Positions 20,561 to 32,300 of a DNA stretch of 64,000 nt are shown piece by piece. Positions within the stretch are counted from its first letter, which is position 1; each line of letters begins with the position of its first letter. The notes beneath the pieces were generated by a model that was not told the DNA's origin, did no database searches, and saw nothing but the letters and a program-made list of their open reading frames with translations. The stretch lies in the NCBI GenBank assembly GCA_008690995.1, contig VRMN01000004.1, forward strand, positions 186,001 through 250,000, given 5' to 3'. This DNA is from Porphyridium purpureum (taxonomy: Eukaryota). The translations under genes were made by a program, and so were the position numbers.

Positions 20561-23500
20561 CTAAATCGCCTTTCGAACAACACCGTCACAAACGAGCTGG
20601 ACGGACGCAATGCTGCTAGAATCGGCAAGCGACCGCAAAAGGCGCTCGGCGGCCGTCGTAGTGTACAGAAACACCAGGGAGCGTTCAAATTGATATCGTG
20701 CACCATAAACAACCTTGTTGGCATAAGGTAATGATGACACAGGCGCCGTTTTGCTGCGTGCGCTTGTGTCTGTGGCCGCCGATGCATTCGCGCGTACACA
20801 CATTTCGCTGAGCTCCTTGTTCAAGGAGGCAGTAATCGCCGAGCTATTACTACTCGCACGGAGCTCGGCGCGCAACTCAACTGAATACACGGCAATGCGC
20901 ACACCGCACGGCAAGTCAACGCCAACATACTCGTCCTGTGCAACGGCACTCGACTGAGCGCGCGAAGTGCCCCACGGTGCCTCGATCGTGCCTGTGCTTT
21001 GCCTGTTTGCTTGCCGCCCGAATGCCTCTGCGTGAACAGCACTCCCCTGCAGGAACACGCCTCGCGCACGTGTACGAAAGAGGCTACATATCGCTGGTCG
21101 TGTCGACCCTGGTCCATATTGCACAAGATCAAGCAGCTGGTCGTACAACGTCATAAAAAACTCGTCAAAAACCGAACTGGGCAGCTGCTGCATCTTCTGA
21201 ACCAAGAGTACCACACACGGTGCGAGTGACAAAAGTTCTTTCTGCCTCTCTTGTTGGCGCTCAACCTCACCTTGCTGTGAGACACCATCTGCAATTCGAT
21301 CCAACGCCGTCGGTGAAGTGGACATGGGAGCACCCGCGCGCGAAACGCCACCCAGAAGCGTATTTACGGACATCCTGCAGAGCTCGAGCAAACGTCGCCG
21401 GAGGTCTTGGACTTGACTGACCGAAAAATTCTCGTGCTTGAACGAGTCAAGAAAGAGCCAGAACAGAATTTGCAATAAACCAGACAACCCGCTGACTTCC
21501 TGAGTGATCAAATTAGGTACCTGGCTCATGAATCCTGCCTGCCAGAGTGCAAAGCGCAGACCGAGGTTCTGGTTGAACTCCTTCGCAAACTGAAATGAGT
21601 GCTCGAGCGCATCGCCAAGACGTAAAACTTGTGTGGACGTGAGGCTCAGGTACGACACAGCGAGCAGGGACTCCATGATAAGCTCGATGAGCAGCAGTTG
21701 GATCACACACTTTGCGCGCACCACCTTGAAAATAATCTGCTTTGTAGCTGCGGCGACAGCCTCTTTTTCGTCTACAGAAGCCTCTGCCGTCGTTGCTCCC
21801 AATGTTGCAGTCGCTGAACTAGAGGCCAGAATGGTATCATCAGAACCTAGATTTCGATCTGGCGTTGCCACCTCGTCCATTTTGCCTTTGTTTGGAGGCG
21901 CCTGCTCCCCACTGACATCGATGGGAGCCGCAATCTCATCTACCTCTATCGCGTGCTCTCCTCTACCCATGACACGATCATCAGCATGACCTATCGTAGT
22001 CTGTCCGGGGTCCGCCTGCGTTGCTTTCACTTTGCCCTTCGATACTGCCTCAAACGGAGAAAATAGCTCGTCTGGAAGCGTGTCACGCATAAGTGTCTCA
22101 ATCATCGCGCAAACACTGTCCCATTCGGCAGCAGAGAACAGTGCCGCACCTGCCTTCAGAAACACTCTATAAGTTGCGACAGCCTCCTTGGCGACCGTTT
22201 CCGATCTTTGCGTTATCCACAGGCGGAAAACATCCAACAAGTCTGGCAGAAACGCTCGCAGAGCGTTGTAAATGCTGGGTGATGCCACAAAGAGCGCGCT
22301 CAGCTCACTCAGGTACGAGTTCCCAGTCGACAAGATCCACTCAAGAACGTGCGCGTGTTCTTCCTCAGCGAGGTCGCCGCCAAGCACCGCAAACTGGCGC
22401 ACAGGATCAAACACAGGAAGCAACAGGCCTTTGAAAACCAATGCCCACATCTCGGTGTCAAAGCGATCTTGCACTAGCCGAAGCGTTCGGAAAAGGAGCG
22501 CCACGGCTTCGGTCCGCACGATGTACGTTTCGTTTGAGATGGCCGTCGAAAACGCAGAGATCAGCGGGAACCACAGCGAGACGTGCCGCTCCGCCGAACC
22601 GCTAAAGATGAGAGTCTCTTGCGGCTGTTGGTCTTCTTGATGCTGTGCGGTCTCTTGTCTGCTCAGAATTTCGTCGACGCATACGCCACCTAAGTAGGAG
22701 AGTGCGGCCGTTGCGACGGTTGCCGAGGTACCATTGCGCGAAAACGCAGCCAACGCGTTCATCGTCTCCAGAAAGACCGTGTCATTCGCCTTGCAGTGTG
22801 TCTCAAGAATATTTTCGAGCACGCGGAATGCCGCGTTCAGCGGCACTTGGTTCTTATCCATCGCAGACGAAGACAGCATGGCAAACACCGATTTCCAGCC
22901 CGAGCGCAGGTGCGGTGCGTGCGAGTTGACGAATGCGAGCAACAGCGTGAGCACGTGCATGCGCACGGGCACCGGTAGCGCGCGCGCCCCCGACGATCGT
23001 GCAAATACGCGCTCGAGCGGTCGCAAAAATACGCGCTGGTGGTTGTAGTTGGACAGCTCGTCCTTCAACACAAACACCTTTGCGAGACCCATGAAGAGGT
23101 CCAGACACATCACAGAAAGCGCCTGCGCTCGCGACGCGAATGCAGACATGAAAAAAGGAGCAAAAATGTCCCACAGCAATGCCCAGTCCCGCCGCGTACG
23201 ACTTTCAATGTTGAGCACCAGAACATTGAAAATTTTCTCCAAGCAAAACATAATGCTTTCGCGCTGCAATGACAAATGCTGCGAATCCGCCTGGGTCGAA
23301 TGAGAATCGGAGTCATGAGAGTCTTCGTGCAGCCTCAACTCTTCCTTTGCCACGGCGACCAGGCTCTTAGATAGCTCGCGCATGCGCTGAATGGAAAGCA
23401 GATGAGAATCGTGGAAGATGAGTTCAATCTCGTCTTCCTCAAGCACCAGCGCCGCGTCCGCGGCAGCCAAGTCAATGCGCGCTCCCGACATCGTACGGGC

Positions 23501-26500
23501 ACCCATCTGCATTGGCGTGGCGGCACTAGTGCCGCCCACCCCACCTGCTGCATTCGGTGTCGCATCCGACCGAGCACCTCCTCCGCCCGCGGTGACTTTG
23601 TTCGAGCGCGCCACGAAACCGTGAGCAGCAGGTGATGACAAAGCAGCATCAGTAGATAATATGTAAGCATTTGGATTCCCACGCGCTGCTGCTCGAGCTC
23701 TTTGAAGTAACGAAATGCACCGTAAAGTGTCATCGAGGTCCAAGAAGTCTTCTTGGGAATCAGCATTCGCATCGCCGTCTCGATCGGTACCAGCTGAAGG
23801 CTGCATTGAGAAAAAGACCGCGTGGTCCTTGTGAGCAGTCTCATCTTCATGCACAAAAACATTCAAAAACTTGACCAAAAGGTCCATGGCGTCGACGTTC
23901 TTGTGCTGAAGACCGCGAACAGTCGCCGTCTGACCTAGCCCAATTTTGGCCAGCGCCGCGACCCACTGTGCAAGTTCGCGCTTCATTCCAAATACATTCA
24001 TTAGTGCAAGTGCATCGCTGAATGCATTCAAGCACGTGCCGAGCACCGCGCGGTCGGCCTCCTCGGTGTCAAGCACCAAGGCAAATGCGTCCAATGACGT
24101 CTCGGAGGATATTTCAAACATAAGTCTTGCGAACTGTGCGTTCTGCGGCCGAAAGTACTTGCCGGCGCTACTTTCTCCAGGACCTGTTTCCTCAATGCCC
24201 ACGGTATCCGGGTCAGCAGAGGCCCTGGCCTTCACCATCCTGCTACCATTTTGACTCTGAAACAAGATTCGTGTCTCGGAAAGCAGATGCTCGGATTCTT
24301 GTTGAAAAAGACGTGCACGCACGGCGGGATCAATTTCATGCTGTGCCTGTCCCTGGATTTGAATGTGGCCATGTGCCTGCGCTGCATTCTTTGCCTTATC
24401 CTTCACGCCATCGCTGAGACGGATCTCGTTGGACAAAATGCGGTCATAAATACCACCCAGATATTCTGGGTCAAGGTCCTGTCCGTCGTTGATCCCACGA
24501 TTATTGCGCAGAAATGCCTCCTTGCTCATTTTGCTTTTGACTTGTGCGTTGTGAGCGTCCGTGTTGAGCATGATGATGCTATATGCGAGGACGTACGCCG
24601 TATCTGCATTCGCGAATATTGCGCGGTTCTCGGCATCGTTATTCTTGCAATAGCAGCTAGCAAATTTTTCCATGATGCGATCGATCTTTTGCGCCTCGCC
24701 AGGAATGCGGAATTTGCTCAAATAAAGCCGCAGCGCTTCATCGAAAGGAAGTCCGCTAAAGTCAAATGTGTCGGTGTACGCATGCATGACTTCAATATTG
24801 AAAGCATCTCCTTCGCCCAAATATTCCCCCAGCACCGTCGCGTCCAATCCGTCCGTGTTCCGCAAGTATGAGGCAATGGCTGTTGGCGAGGAATCCGCAA
24901 TCACGCGGTTTTCCAGCAGAAACGCAATGCCAGCTTTGGGTTTCGCGTTGAACTTCTTGCGACCGTCTTCAATCAGCTTCTTCGTCCGCAGAGCCTCCAC
25001 AAAACGCGCCTTGTTCTTCGCATGACTGGAATCGCGCTGAGCAGGTGATGATAAAGGTGAATCTGAAGCGGCCACACGACTTGACGTGTCAAGCTGACTT
25101 TGCTGCGGTGCGAACTTCATCACACCTGTGCCGCCATTGCTGGCGTGGTCGCTCTCGTAGTCATTTGGCATGTCTGCCCGGATCTTACGATCGTCCACTA
25201 GATGCTCCTCCTTTTCTTGACAGTCATCCACTCCACGAGCCACCTGGTCCACGCGCGAGCGTTGTGATTCCTCAATTGTATGCGCCCACTGTCGGAGTGA
25301 GTGTATACATACAAAAAGACATTCGAGCCCTTCCTTCCATATTTCCTCGTCAGACGGTTCGAAGAAAGCGGACGGGAACGTGCGGTCAAGTTCGCTCAGG
25401 AAGCGCGGAGTCGCGGCAGCCGCCAACTGGTGCGTGTGGCCGTGGCGCTGTGACTGGAATGCAAGCTTTGTTGCGTACAGCCGCCGCACCAGCGTCGAAA
25501 GAACTGCTGTCAGCTTACTGTAGATGCTGGGTGTAGCCAGATCGCAATCGTAATTCACAAACAGCTCGGCAAGCGCGTTCGGATTTGTACACAGCTTGCG
25601 CAAAAGACGGATGGAGGCGCGGCGGCGCGCACTGCCAGCCGACGGAATTTCAAGAAAGCGGAAAATAACCGTACTGAGAAAAGCTGCGAGCTCCGCTTTG
25701 AGATATGGACGCAGCACATCGTGCGAGAAAATTTCCTCCGTGAGCTCGATGGCAATGACGGATACGGACACGTACGTAGACAGGCAATTGGTCATGAGCG
25801 ATGGCAGCAGCATGCTCTTGAGCAGATGGATGTAGCGGTCGTCAAAAGGAATCACTTTCCAGCCCGCAGAAATGACCATCTTGATCAGCTCCATCGACAG
25901 CACGCGCGAGCGCACATTAATACTCTTTTCGCTGTCTTCCGGTGATATAGCGTCTGGATTACTCGCGTGCACATTTGCACCGGAAGAAGAGGAGGACGGG
26001 GCCGCCGTCGATGACGACACACCATCGACCACAGAGCGCTGTTCTCCACCACCTCCACTTCCATTCAGGTTCTTCCCGCACAGGCGGCATAGCGCGCGGA
26101 ACAAGAGGAAGCCGTCAGTCAAGCGTACGTTACCCAAGAGAGCAGCCACCACGTCTGGATCTCGAGCTTGAATGGCCAGCGACATAAAGTCGTCTTGCTG
26201 TGCGGCTCCTGGCACACCTGAGGCAGCCGTCACAGCATCACCGGGTTCCAGTCCCACCCTCGCACCGTGTGCGTCCAGCTCGCTGTCCACAAGCTGGTTC
26301 AAACCAGAGAAGACCTGGAGCACAATCTGTGAGATAGCGGCCTTTGCAGCGCCGCGCACAGAAGAGCTCTTGGAGTTGAGATGAATGTTGAACACAGAGC
26401 GCACACACCCGAGCAGCACCGGACCATGAATCTTGTCGCCAAACGCCTTGAAGCCTGTGAGCATGATTTGCACGCATCTCATGAACACGCTTTCATCGGG

Positions 26501-27238
26501 CACGCGCACGGCGTTCGCGCCTAGCTCCAGCATCCTGTCACGTACTTTTTCGCCGTCAACGTCGGCGTCCAAGCTCAGCATATCTGGTACGGGCGCTCCG
26601 AGGAACTGCGATTCAAAAAGCCGATTGAGGATATCCAGGCAAATGTCCAGTACCGCAGGCTTTGGCGACTCAAAGCCCATTTCCAGAGCGACAACAAGTC
26701 GCTCTGGTGCGTCGCGCGCGATCGCCTTGTCGACCTCTGGGAAACTCGGAGCTGCCAGCACGTCGCGAATTGCGCGCAGCACTTCTCTTGTTGCGTCGCG
26801 CAGGGGCTTGGAGCGCTTGGAGGTCACTGCCTTGACCATCTTGTCGCACAGGCGTTCAGCGATGCCCCGAAGCGCCAGAACGCGCTCCTGCGACACGCGC
26901 ACGGTCCGCGCCGCGTGAGCGTTGTGCTCATCCTGCGCAGCCGCATGAATCACGGGCACTCGCAATTCATCCATTGCCTCCACCGCGGCATAGACCTTGC
27001 TCTCACCATCGTCCTGCTCCTGCGCGACCGCATTGCTTGGACCGATTCCGCGATCGTCCATCACCTCTTCGTCCTCGTCCTGCTCGTGCACTGGCGCTCC
27101 CGACCTCAATCCCGCAGCGCCACCACCTCCACCCTCCTCATGCACTACACCACGCTCATCGCCGCTGCCCAGACGCGTGTCGCTCTCCTCGTCACCCGCG
27201 ACGATGCCGGAATGCTGTGCATCCATGCTAGCCTGCAT
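20561..27238 (-). CDS. Large ARF-GEF of the BIG/Sec7 family
   Basis: 2225 aa. DCB and HUS (LFVNYDCD) regions, Sec7 domain (FRIPGEAQKIDRIMEKFA, YVLAYSIIMLNTDAHN), HDS (LRSGWKSVF). Confidence 0.95.
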   Translation of the reverse strand: MQASMDAQHSGIVAGDEESDTRLGSGDERGVVHEEGGGGGAAGLRSGAPVHEQDEDEEVMDDRGIGPSNAVAQEQDDGESKVYAAVEAMDELRVPVIHAAAQDEHNAHAARTVRVSQERVLALRGIAERLCDKMVKAVTSKRSKPLRDATREVLRAIRDVLAAPSFPEVDKAIARDAPERLVVALEMGFESPKPAVLDICLDILNRLFESQFLGAPVPDMLSLDADVDGEKVRDRMLELGANAVRVPDESVFMRCVQIMLTGFKAFGDKIHGPVLLGCVRSVFNIHLNSKSSSVRGAAKAAISQIVLQVFSGLNQLVDSELDAHGARVGLEPGDAVTAASGVPGAAQQDDFMSLAIQARDPDVVAALLGNVRLTDGFLLFRALCRLCGKNLNGSGGGGEQRSVVDGVSSSTAAPSSSSSGANVHASNPDAISPEDSEKSINVRSRVLSMELIKMVISAGWKVIPFDDRYIHLLKSMLLPSLMTNCLSTYVSVSVIAIELTEEIFSHDVLRPYLKAELAAFLSTVIFRFLEIPSAGSARRRASIRLLRKLCTNPNALAELFVNYDCDLATPSIYSKLTAVLSTLVRRLYATKLAFQSQRHGHTHQLAAAATPRFLSELDRTFPSAFFEPSDEEIWKEGLECLFVCIHSLRQWAHTIEESQRSRVDQVARGVDDCQEKEEHLVDDRKIRADMPNDYESDHASNGGTGVMKFAPQQSQLDTSSRVAASDSPLSSPAQRDSSHAKNKARFVEALRTKKLIEDGRKKFNAKPKAGIAFLLENRVIADSSPTAIASYLRNTDGLDATVLGEYLGEGDAFNIEVMHAYTDTFDFSGLPFDEALRLYLSKFRIPGEAQKIDRIMEKFASCYCKNNDAENRAIFANADTAYVLAYSIIMLNTDAHNAQVKSKMSKEAFLRNNRGINDGQDLDPEYLGGIYDRILSNEIRLSDGVKDKAKNAAQAHGHIQIQGQAQHEIDPAVRARLFQQESEHLLSETRILFQSQNGSRMVKARASADPDTVGIEETGPGESSAGKYFRPQNAQFARLMFEISSETSLDAFALVLDTEEADRAVLGTCLNAFSDALALMNVFGMKRELAQWVAALAKIGLGQTATVRGLQHKNVDAMDLLVKFLNVFVHEDETAHKDHAVFFSMQPSAGTDRDGDANADSQEDFLDLDDTLRCISLLQRARAAARGNPNAYILSTDAALSSPAAHGFVARSNKVTAGGGGARSDATPNAAGGVGGTSAATPMQMGARTMSGARIDLAAADAALVLEEDEIELIFHDSHLLSIQRMRELSKSLVAVAKEELRLHEDSHDSDSHSTQADSQHLSLQRESIMFCLEKIFNVLVLNIESRTRRDWALLWDIFAPFFMSAFASRAQALSVMCLDLFMGLAKVFVLKDELSNYNHQRVFLRPLERVFARSSGARALPVPVRMHVLTLLLAFVNSHAPHLRSGWKSVFAMLSSSAMDKNQVPLNAAFRVLENILETHCKANDTVFLETMNALAAFSRNGTSATVATAALSYLGGVCVDEILSRQETAQHQEDQQPQETLIFSGSAERHVSLWFPLISAFSTAISNETYIVRTEAVALLFRTLRLVQDRFDTEMWALVFKGLLLPVFDPVRQFAVLGGDLAEEEHAHVLEWILSTGNSYLSELSALFVASPSIYNALRAFLPDLLDVFRLWITQRSETVAKEAVATYRVFLKAGAALFSAAEWDSVCAMIETLMRDTLPDELFSPFEAVSKGKVKATQADPGQTTIGHADDRVMGRGEHAIEVDEIAAPIDVSGEQAPPNKGKMDEVATPDRNLGSDDTILASSSATATLGATTAEASVDEKEAVAAATKQIIFKVVRAKCVIQLLLIELIMESLLAVSYLSLTSTQVLRLGDALEHSFQFAKEFNQNLGLRFALWQAGFMSQVPNLITQEVSGLSGLLQILFWLFLDSFKHENFSVSQVQDLRRRLLELCRMSVNTLLGGVSRAGAPMSTSPTALDRIADGVSQQGEVERQQERQKELLSLAPCVVLLVQKMQQLPSSVFDEFFMTLYDQLLDLVQYGPGSTRPAICSLFRTRARGVFLQGSAVHAEAFGRQANRQSTGTIEAPWGTSRAQSSAVAQDEYVGVDLPCGVRIAVYSVELRAELRASSNSSAITASLNKELSEMCVRANASAATDTSARSKTAPVSSLPYANKVVYGARYQFERSLVFLYTTTAAERLLRSLADSSSIASVQLVCDGVVRKAI

Positions 27239-27576
27239 GCTCTACCCGCTCGCGCCCGCGTTCCGCGCACAGTCGCGCACTCGCGCGACGCCTGTTCAAG
27301 TCGAATGGACGCACGCTGCCGCCGCGCCTCCGCACCATCCGCACCGAAACCTCACCCACAGCACCACCAATCCGCACCACGCCATGCACAGACACCAACC
27401 GCAACTTCCCCGGCACCACCCCCTCCCATCCCCCCCTTCCCCCCGCACGCATTCGCCCCTCCGCTTCGCACACACTGTACACTACCGCAGCCATACCTGT
27501 CCTGTACACCCTTCCCGGTTTAGCGGTTTCCCGGTTTGGCGGTTGGGGTGGAGGAGTCGATTCGCTTTGAGAGTGA

Positions 27577-27593
27577 GTACAGTGATACTGTAC
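27577..27593. promoter_or_regulatory. Palindrome GTACAGT-GAT-ACTGTAC in the divergent BIG/LURP-like intergenic region
   Basis: Perfect 7-bp arms with a 3-nt spacer; the same architecture occurs at 49548. Regulatory role is inferred. Confidence 0.6.
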
Positions 27594-27696
27594 AGCTGGG
27601 GAGAAACAGGTTGGAGTGAGTCGGTGTGGGCCAACAAGTGAGGTGGTGATTGACACGGGGGGAACGACGAGAGGGAGTAGATTGTGAGTGCGAGCT

Positions 27697-27704
27697 TGTG
27701 TGTT

Positions 27705-27734
<30 letters not shown>
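27697..27734. repeat. (TG)n(AG)7 microsatellite directly abutting the ATG at 27735
   Basis: Read directly from the sequence. Confidence 0.9.
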
Positions 27735-27735
<1 letters not shown>

Positions 27736-29174
27736 TGTATCCGCAGCCTCACGCAGGCGCGCAGATGAATGCGTCGCCTGCGACGCCAGGTTACGCAGGG
27801 CCAGACTCGATGTATCCTTCGATCGTCGGCAGTGGAGGCGGCGCGGCATACCCGGTGATGGGTGCAACCGCGCACCAACCTGGCTCGTCGGGGTATACCG
27901 CGGCAAACGAACAGGGTGGGTATTCCGCGCAGTTTGGTGGGAACATGCAAACTGGCGCGTACCCGGCGCCCGCCGCGCCGTATCCGGGGTATGGTGCAGC
28001 CGACCGTTACTCCTACCCGTCGGCGGGCCCAATGGCTTCCGGAGCGCCGGCGGATTCGGCGCCGTCCCACCAAATGCCGGGGCACATGGCTTACCCGGGT
28101 GGGTATGGTCAAGCGCCGGCCCCGTCGGCATCAGGGCCGGCGTACCCAGTCGTGAATGGAAGCGCCATGGATGCGGGCGCCGCATCGTCGCGCCAGTCTG
28201 CGCCAGCCTCGTACGTCGCGCCTGAATACGCAGGCCTACCGCCACCGGTTTACTCGGCATCATCGAGCGGACATTTCGTCTACCCGGCCGTCCAGTCGTA
28301 TCAGACGACCGTTTTTGACGTGAACGCGCTGCTCACCGAGTACGACGGCGCGCACGGAAGCAGCGCGTACGCAGCGGCCGCGCCGCCACAGTACCCCTCT
28401 GCGTATGAAACAACGCCTGCCGTCCCGCAAGTGCCGTATGGAGGGACGCCTGCGGCGCCCTCTCCGTACGCCAGCTCGCAGCCTCCTGGCAACCAGCCCG
28501 CGGGATCAGGCCCAACCACAGCGGAGCCGCCAAGGAGCAGCCACCCACCGCAGCCAACACAGCAAGCGCCTCCGCAGAAGGCTCAGCCGCCGCCTGACTC
28601 CCAGCCTGCGCTGCCTGCTTTGACGGTCGCCCTGTACTCGCCGCCCTTTGCTGGATCAGCCACCAAGGGAAAGCGCATCGCGTTGCGTAAGCTGGCGTCG
28701 CCTCACATGCTCTTTGAAAGCAACGCGAGCATCTCGTCGACTGACGGCGTGAGTGGTAGCTACGAAGTGCGCAAGAGCATCATAAGCCTAGCGGCAAAAT
28801 ACGAGCTGAGCCAGAACAAGCGCAAGCTGCTCACGGCAACAAGGACGTGGTCTGCGACTCGAAACGAGTGGACGCTCACGAATGACGGACTCTACACGTC
28901 GGCGCCAGAACCGCTGTTGCTTGTGAAACACTCCAAGCACCGTTTTTCGGACGATACGGCTACGGCCCGCGTGACAAGCGGAGATATGATCAATATATTT
29001 GGCGGCAAGGACGCAGCGACATTAACTTGCAAGGGAAAGAAAATCGCAATCTACGATACGTCCCTGTTGCAGGGCAAGAAAAAGTACGGAATCGAGCTCT
29101 ACAATACGACGGACGAAGAGGCGGCCGTTGCTGTGCTGCTTTTGGTGTGCTTTCAACACACGATCGCGCAATGA
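27735..29174 (+). CDS. Pro/Ala/Tyr-rich protein with C-terminal LURP-one/tubby-C/scramblase-like domain
   Basis: ATG at 27735. About 290 aa of P/A/Y/G low complexity, then a beta-rich domain ending in a hydrophobic helix (KKYGIEL...EEAAVAVLLLVCF). Confidence 0.6.
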
Positions 29175-29363
29175 CATGCGTCCATGAGTAAAGCCAAAAT
29201 CACAATGTACAATTGAAATGAAATCTTCTACAGAACATTTGACTTAGCAGGGAGAGTTGGGAAACCCAGACGATAGCCAAGGGAAAGGAGAAGGACAGTT
29301 AGAATAGATGAAGACTGTTGGCGGGAGCATCACGAACGAGAACTGCGAAGCCAGAACCCCGCC

Positions 29364-32300
29364 CTACTGGCCGCCCGTGCTGGCGTCATTGCTGCAACTA
29401 CGCGCCACATTCTCGAAAAAGGCTGCATTCGCGCGTACAAAGCCGTGATTCCAAAAATCATACCCCGGATTCTTGATGAGCTCAATAAACGTGATCAGCA
29501 GACCCCACGGGTGCGGGCGATTCGCAACGAGCCGCTCCATCAACACGCGGATGATTTGTTCCTGGACGATTTCCTTGCTGGACTCGGAAAACAAGTACAG
29601 CAGCACGACGCTGAAGTAATGAGTGTGCGCATTCGGATAACGCAGTTGATTTGCGATCGCATTCAAGAACAGATATCGCCCTTCCGGATCCAAGTGCAAA
29701 GCTAGAAGTCGAAACACTTCCATCGCTGGAGTCGCAGTGATTGCCGCACCCCCGCCGCCGCCGACACCGACCGCTGACTGCTGCAGATTCTGCGCCGTTC
29801 CAAACTGGCCGACGTAGAATACCAGCGCGTTAATCATTGAAACGTGATAGTTTGTCGTCAGAGCACTCAGCGGCTCACTCACAACTTTGTTTCCGCGGCG
29901 CACGCGCACCATGACTTCTTGCGCAATATTGGCAGGTTGGCGTGTCTTCAGGAACGAATCCAGAAATGATTTCAGCTCCCCGTCTCCCGTATGAAGCACC
30001 TGCGTCACATTGGACAACACGCGCGGCGTAATTGACATCTCTGGTAAACGATCCACTTTCAGATCTGGAAGAAACGGGTCGGGGAGACGCATGCTGCGCG
30101 GAAACGCGGACAGCACAAGGTTTCTCAGTTGGATACAGTTTGGCGGTATCTCGTCGCACAACGAAAAATGGAAGTCGCACAAAAATTCCGGAAAGTCGTG
30201 CAGTAACACCAATAGCAGCCGAAGAGTGCCTTTGTACAGCGTCCGCACCGATTCGCTGAGGTTCCAGCTGCTAAGAGCTGGCGCTAAAAATGCGAGCAGC
30301 GCAACTAGCAGCCTATGGAAAAGGTTCCAGCCGTGCTGCTGTTGCTCACGCTTTTGCTGTGTGGACAAGTGCCCTTGGCCCGCCATTGCAAGAATGCGAG
30401 GCACAAAATGACGGGAGGCCACCAACTCAACCCAGCAAAATGCAAACACTGGCATGCGCAATGGTTGCAGCGAGTGCAAAACCTCAGCAAACATGAACAC
30501 GAAGGGCATTCCATGTGGGAATGACAAGCCTCCATCACCCTTCTCTCCACCCTGGTTTTGAATCTGCGCGTCCATTCGAGGCGCAAGGTCACGCAACAAG
30601 TCTGACAAGAGTCGAAACACTGGCCTAACGTCCGCCTGTCCGTCCGCCGGGACAACTACCGCAGACTCTTCAGCGCCGCCGGCCTGACTCTTACCGTCTT
30701 CCAGTTCCGCAACGCGGTTTTGAATGTCAGCAACACTTTCGAGCGCAGCGCTGAGCACCGAATACAGAATCTCCTTTCCACGTGTTTGATTCTGTTCAAG
30801 CCGCAGTACCGCGGAAACAAGCTTTGAGAATGCATCAATCACCGAGTATGGCGAGGACACGTCTCGCACGCCACCCGATGCGGTGTTCTCGCGATTCTGA
30901 TTGCCTCCGGCGCCGCCGCCTTCCTTGCGCGCCGCTTCAATCATATTCGGCAGCACGCGTGCCAACTCGTCCGGTACACTGCTCGACTCCTCGTACTGGC
31001 TAAAAATCAAGCCCGATCCTCGACCTGCATCGGTGCTAGCCAGTAAAATTTCACTGAATGTGGTGCGCAGGATGCGGAAAGCGAGTGCACAGAAAGAGTC
31101 GCGCGATGTCGGCGAGGACAAAAGCGAAAGACCCCGATTCACGTAGGCGGACACAACGTGATCTGGCACGAGGCGCGCGTACCGGCTCGTTTCATACATG
31201 AATGTCCACTGTACCAACATGTACCGAAGACTATCCTCTGTCGAAAATCCTCCCGAAGCTGCTGCGGTCTTAGCTTGAGCTTGTTGCTGCAACGCACTCA
31301 CCGCGGCGCTATGCTGCTTAACTTGCGCCAAAAGTGCTCCTATACCCTGCGGAGCAGCAGGCAGCTTCAATTCTTCGCTGGCTGCACCGTTACTATTGTT
31401 GCGGGCGACAATTTTCGCAAACACGTCAATGACAGATGAGAGCTCTGCTGCGGTGACGTAGGCCTTTTGCAGCAAACAACGGTTGAGCAAGAACGCCGCG
31501 AAATCCAATGCGGCAGCATTGCGTCCACCATCCATAAGTTTTGCAATCATAGCATCGAATTCACTGGTCTTGATCAAATTTCCTGCCTTGAGAAGTGCCT
31601 CAGTGACGTCGCGATCCAGCTTCTTGTACTCTTCCACAAAGGACAGCCAACTGACCAGTTCGCGGAACAGCCGCTTGGACGATTCGCGGAGACGCTCAAG
31701 TATTGCAACGTGCACCTGCTTGTACAGAATCGACGTGTTGTTGTTGTCGTACATAAACTTGAACACTTTTTGAGCTATCATGAAGCCAGCCTCGTCAGGG
31801 CTCACGCTTTGCTTCACCCACGCAGGAATCTGCTGCCACGTCGCGTGAACGCGGTGTTCCGGGCTCAGGTCGGCCAACTGCACATTCGGTCGGCGGGTAG
31901 CCTCTTCTGTTATCAATTCAACTAGCTCCGAGTGGTACTTGTCAAACGCCTCACGAACCTCATTCAACGGAATTGGGGCGCGCTCTGCGAGTAACGCATC
32001 TCCAGCCGCCGTCGGCAGCTGGTGTACTTGCTGCTGCCGCTCTGGTGCAGGCATACTAGTTCCGTCGGCACTTGCATTTGACATGGCGGTCTGGGAGCCT
32101 GCTACTGATCCCGCGGCTGCAGCAGCAGCTGCAGTCGCATCCGCTGCAGCGGCAGCCTGCGTACGACCTGTACTCCCAAAGTCATTATAGACACGCAGCG
32201 ACGAGCGAAACATGGAAAGAAACTCTGGTTCGGTTCCGGCGCCGTGATTCGCGTTCAGCGCAGCGAGCGCAGGGAGAAGGGCTTCGTCGATGTCACGCAC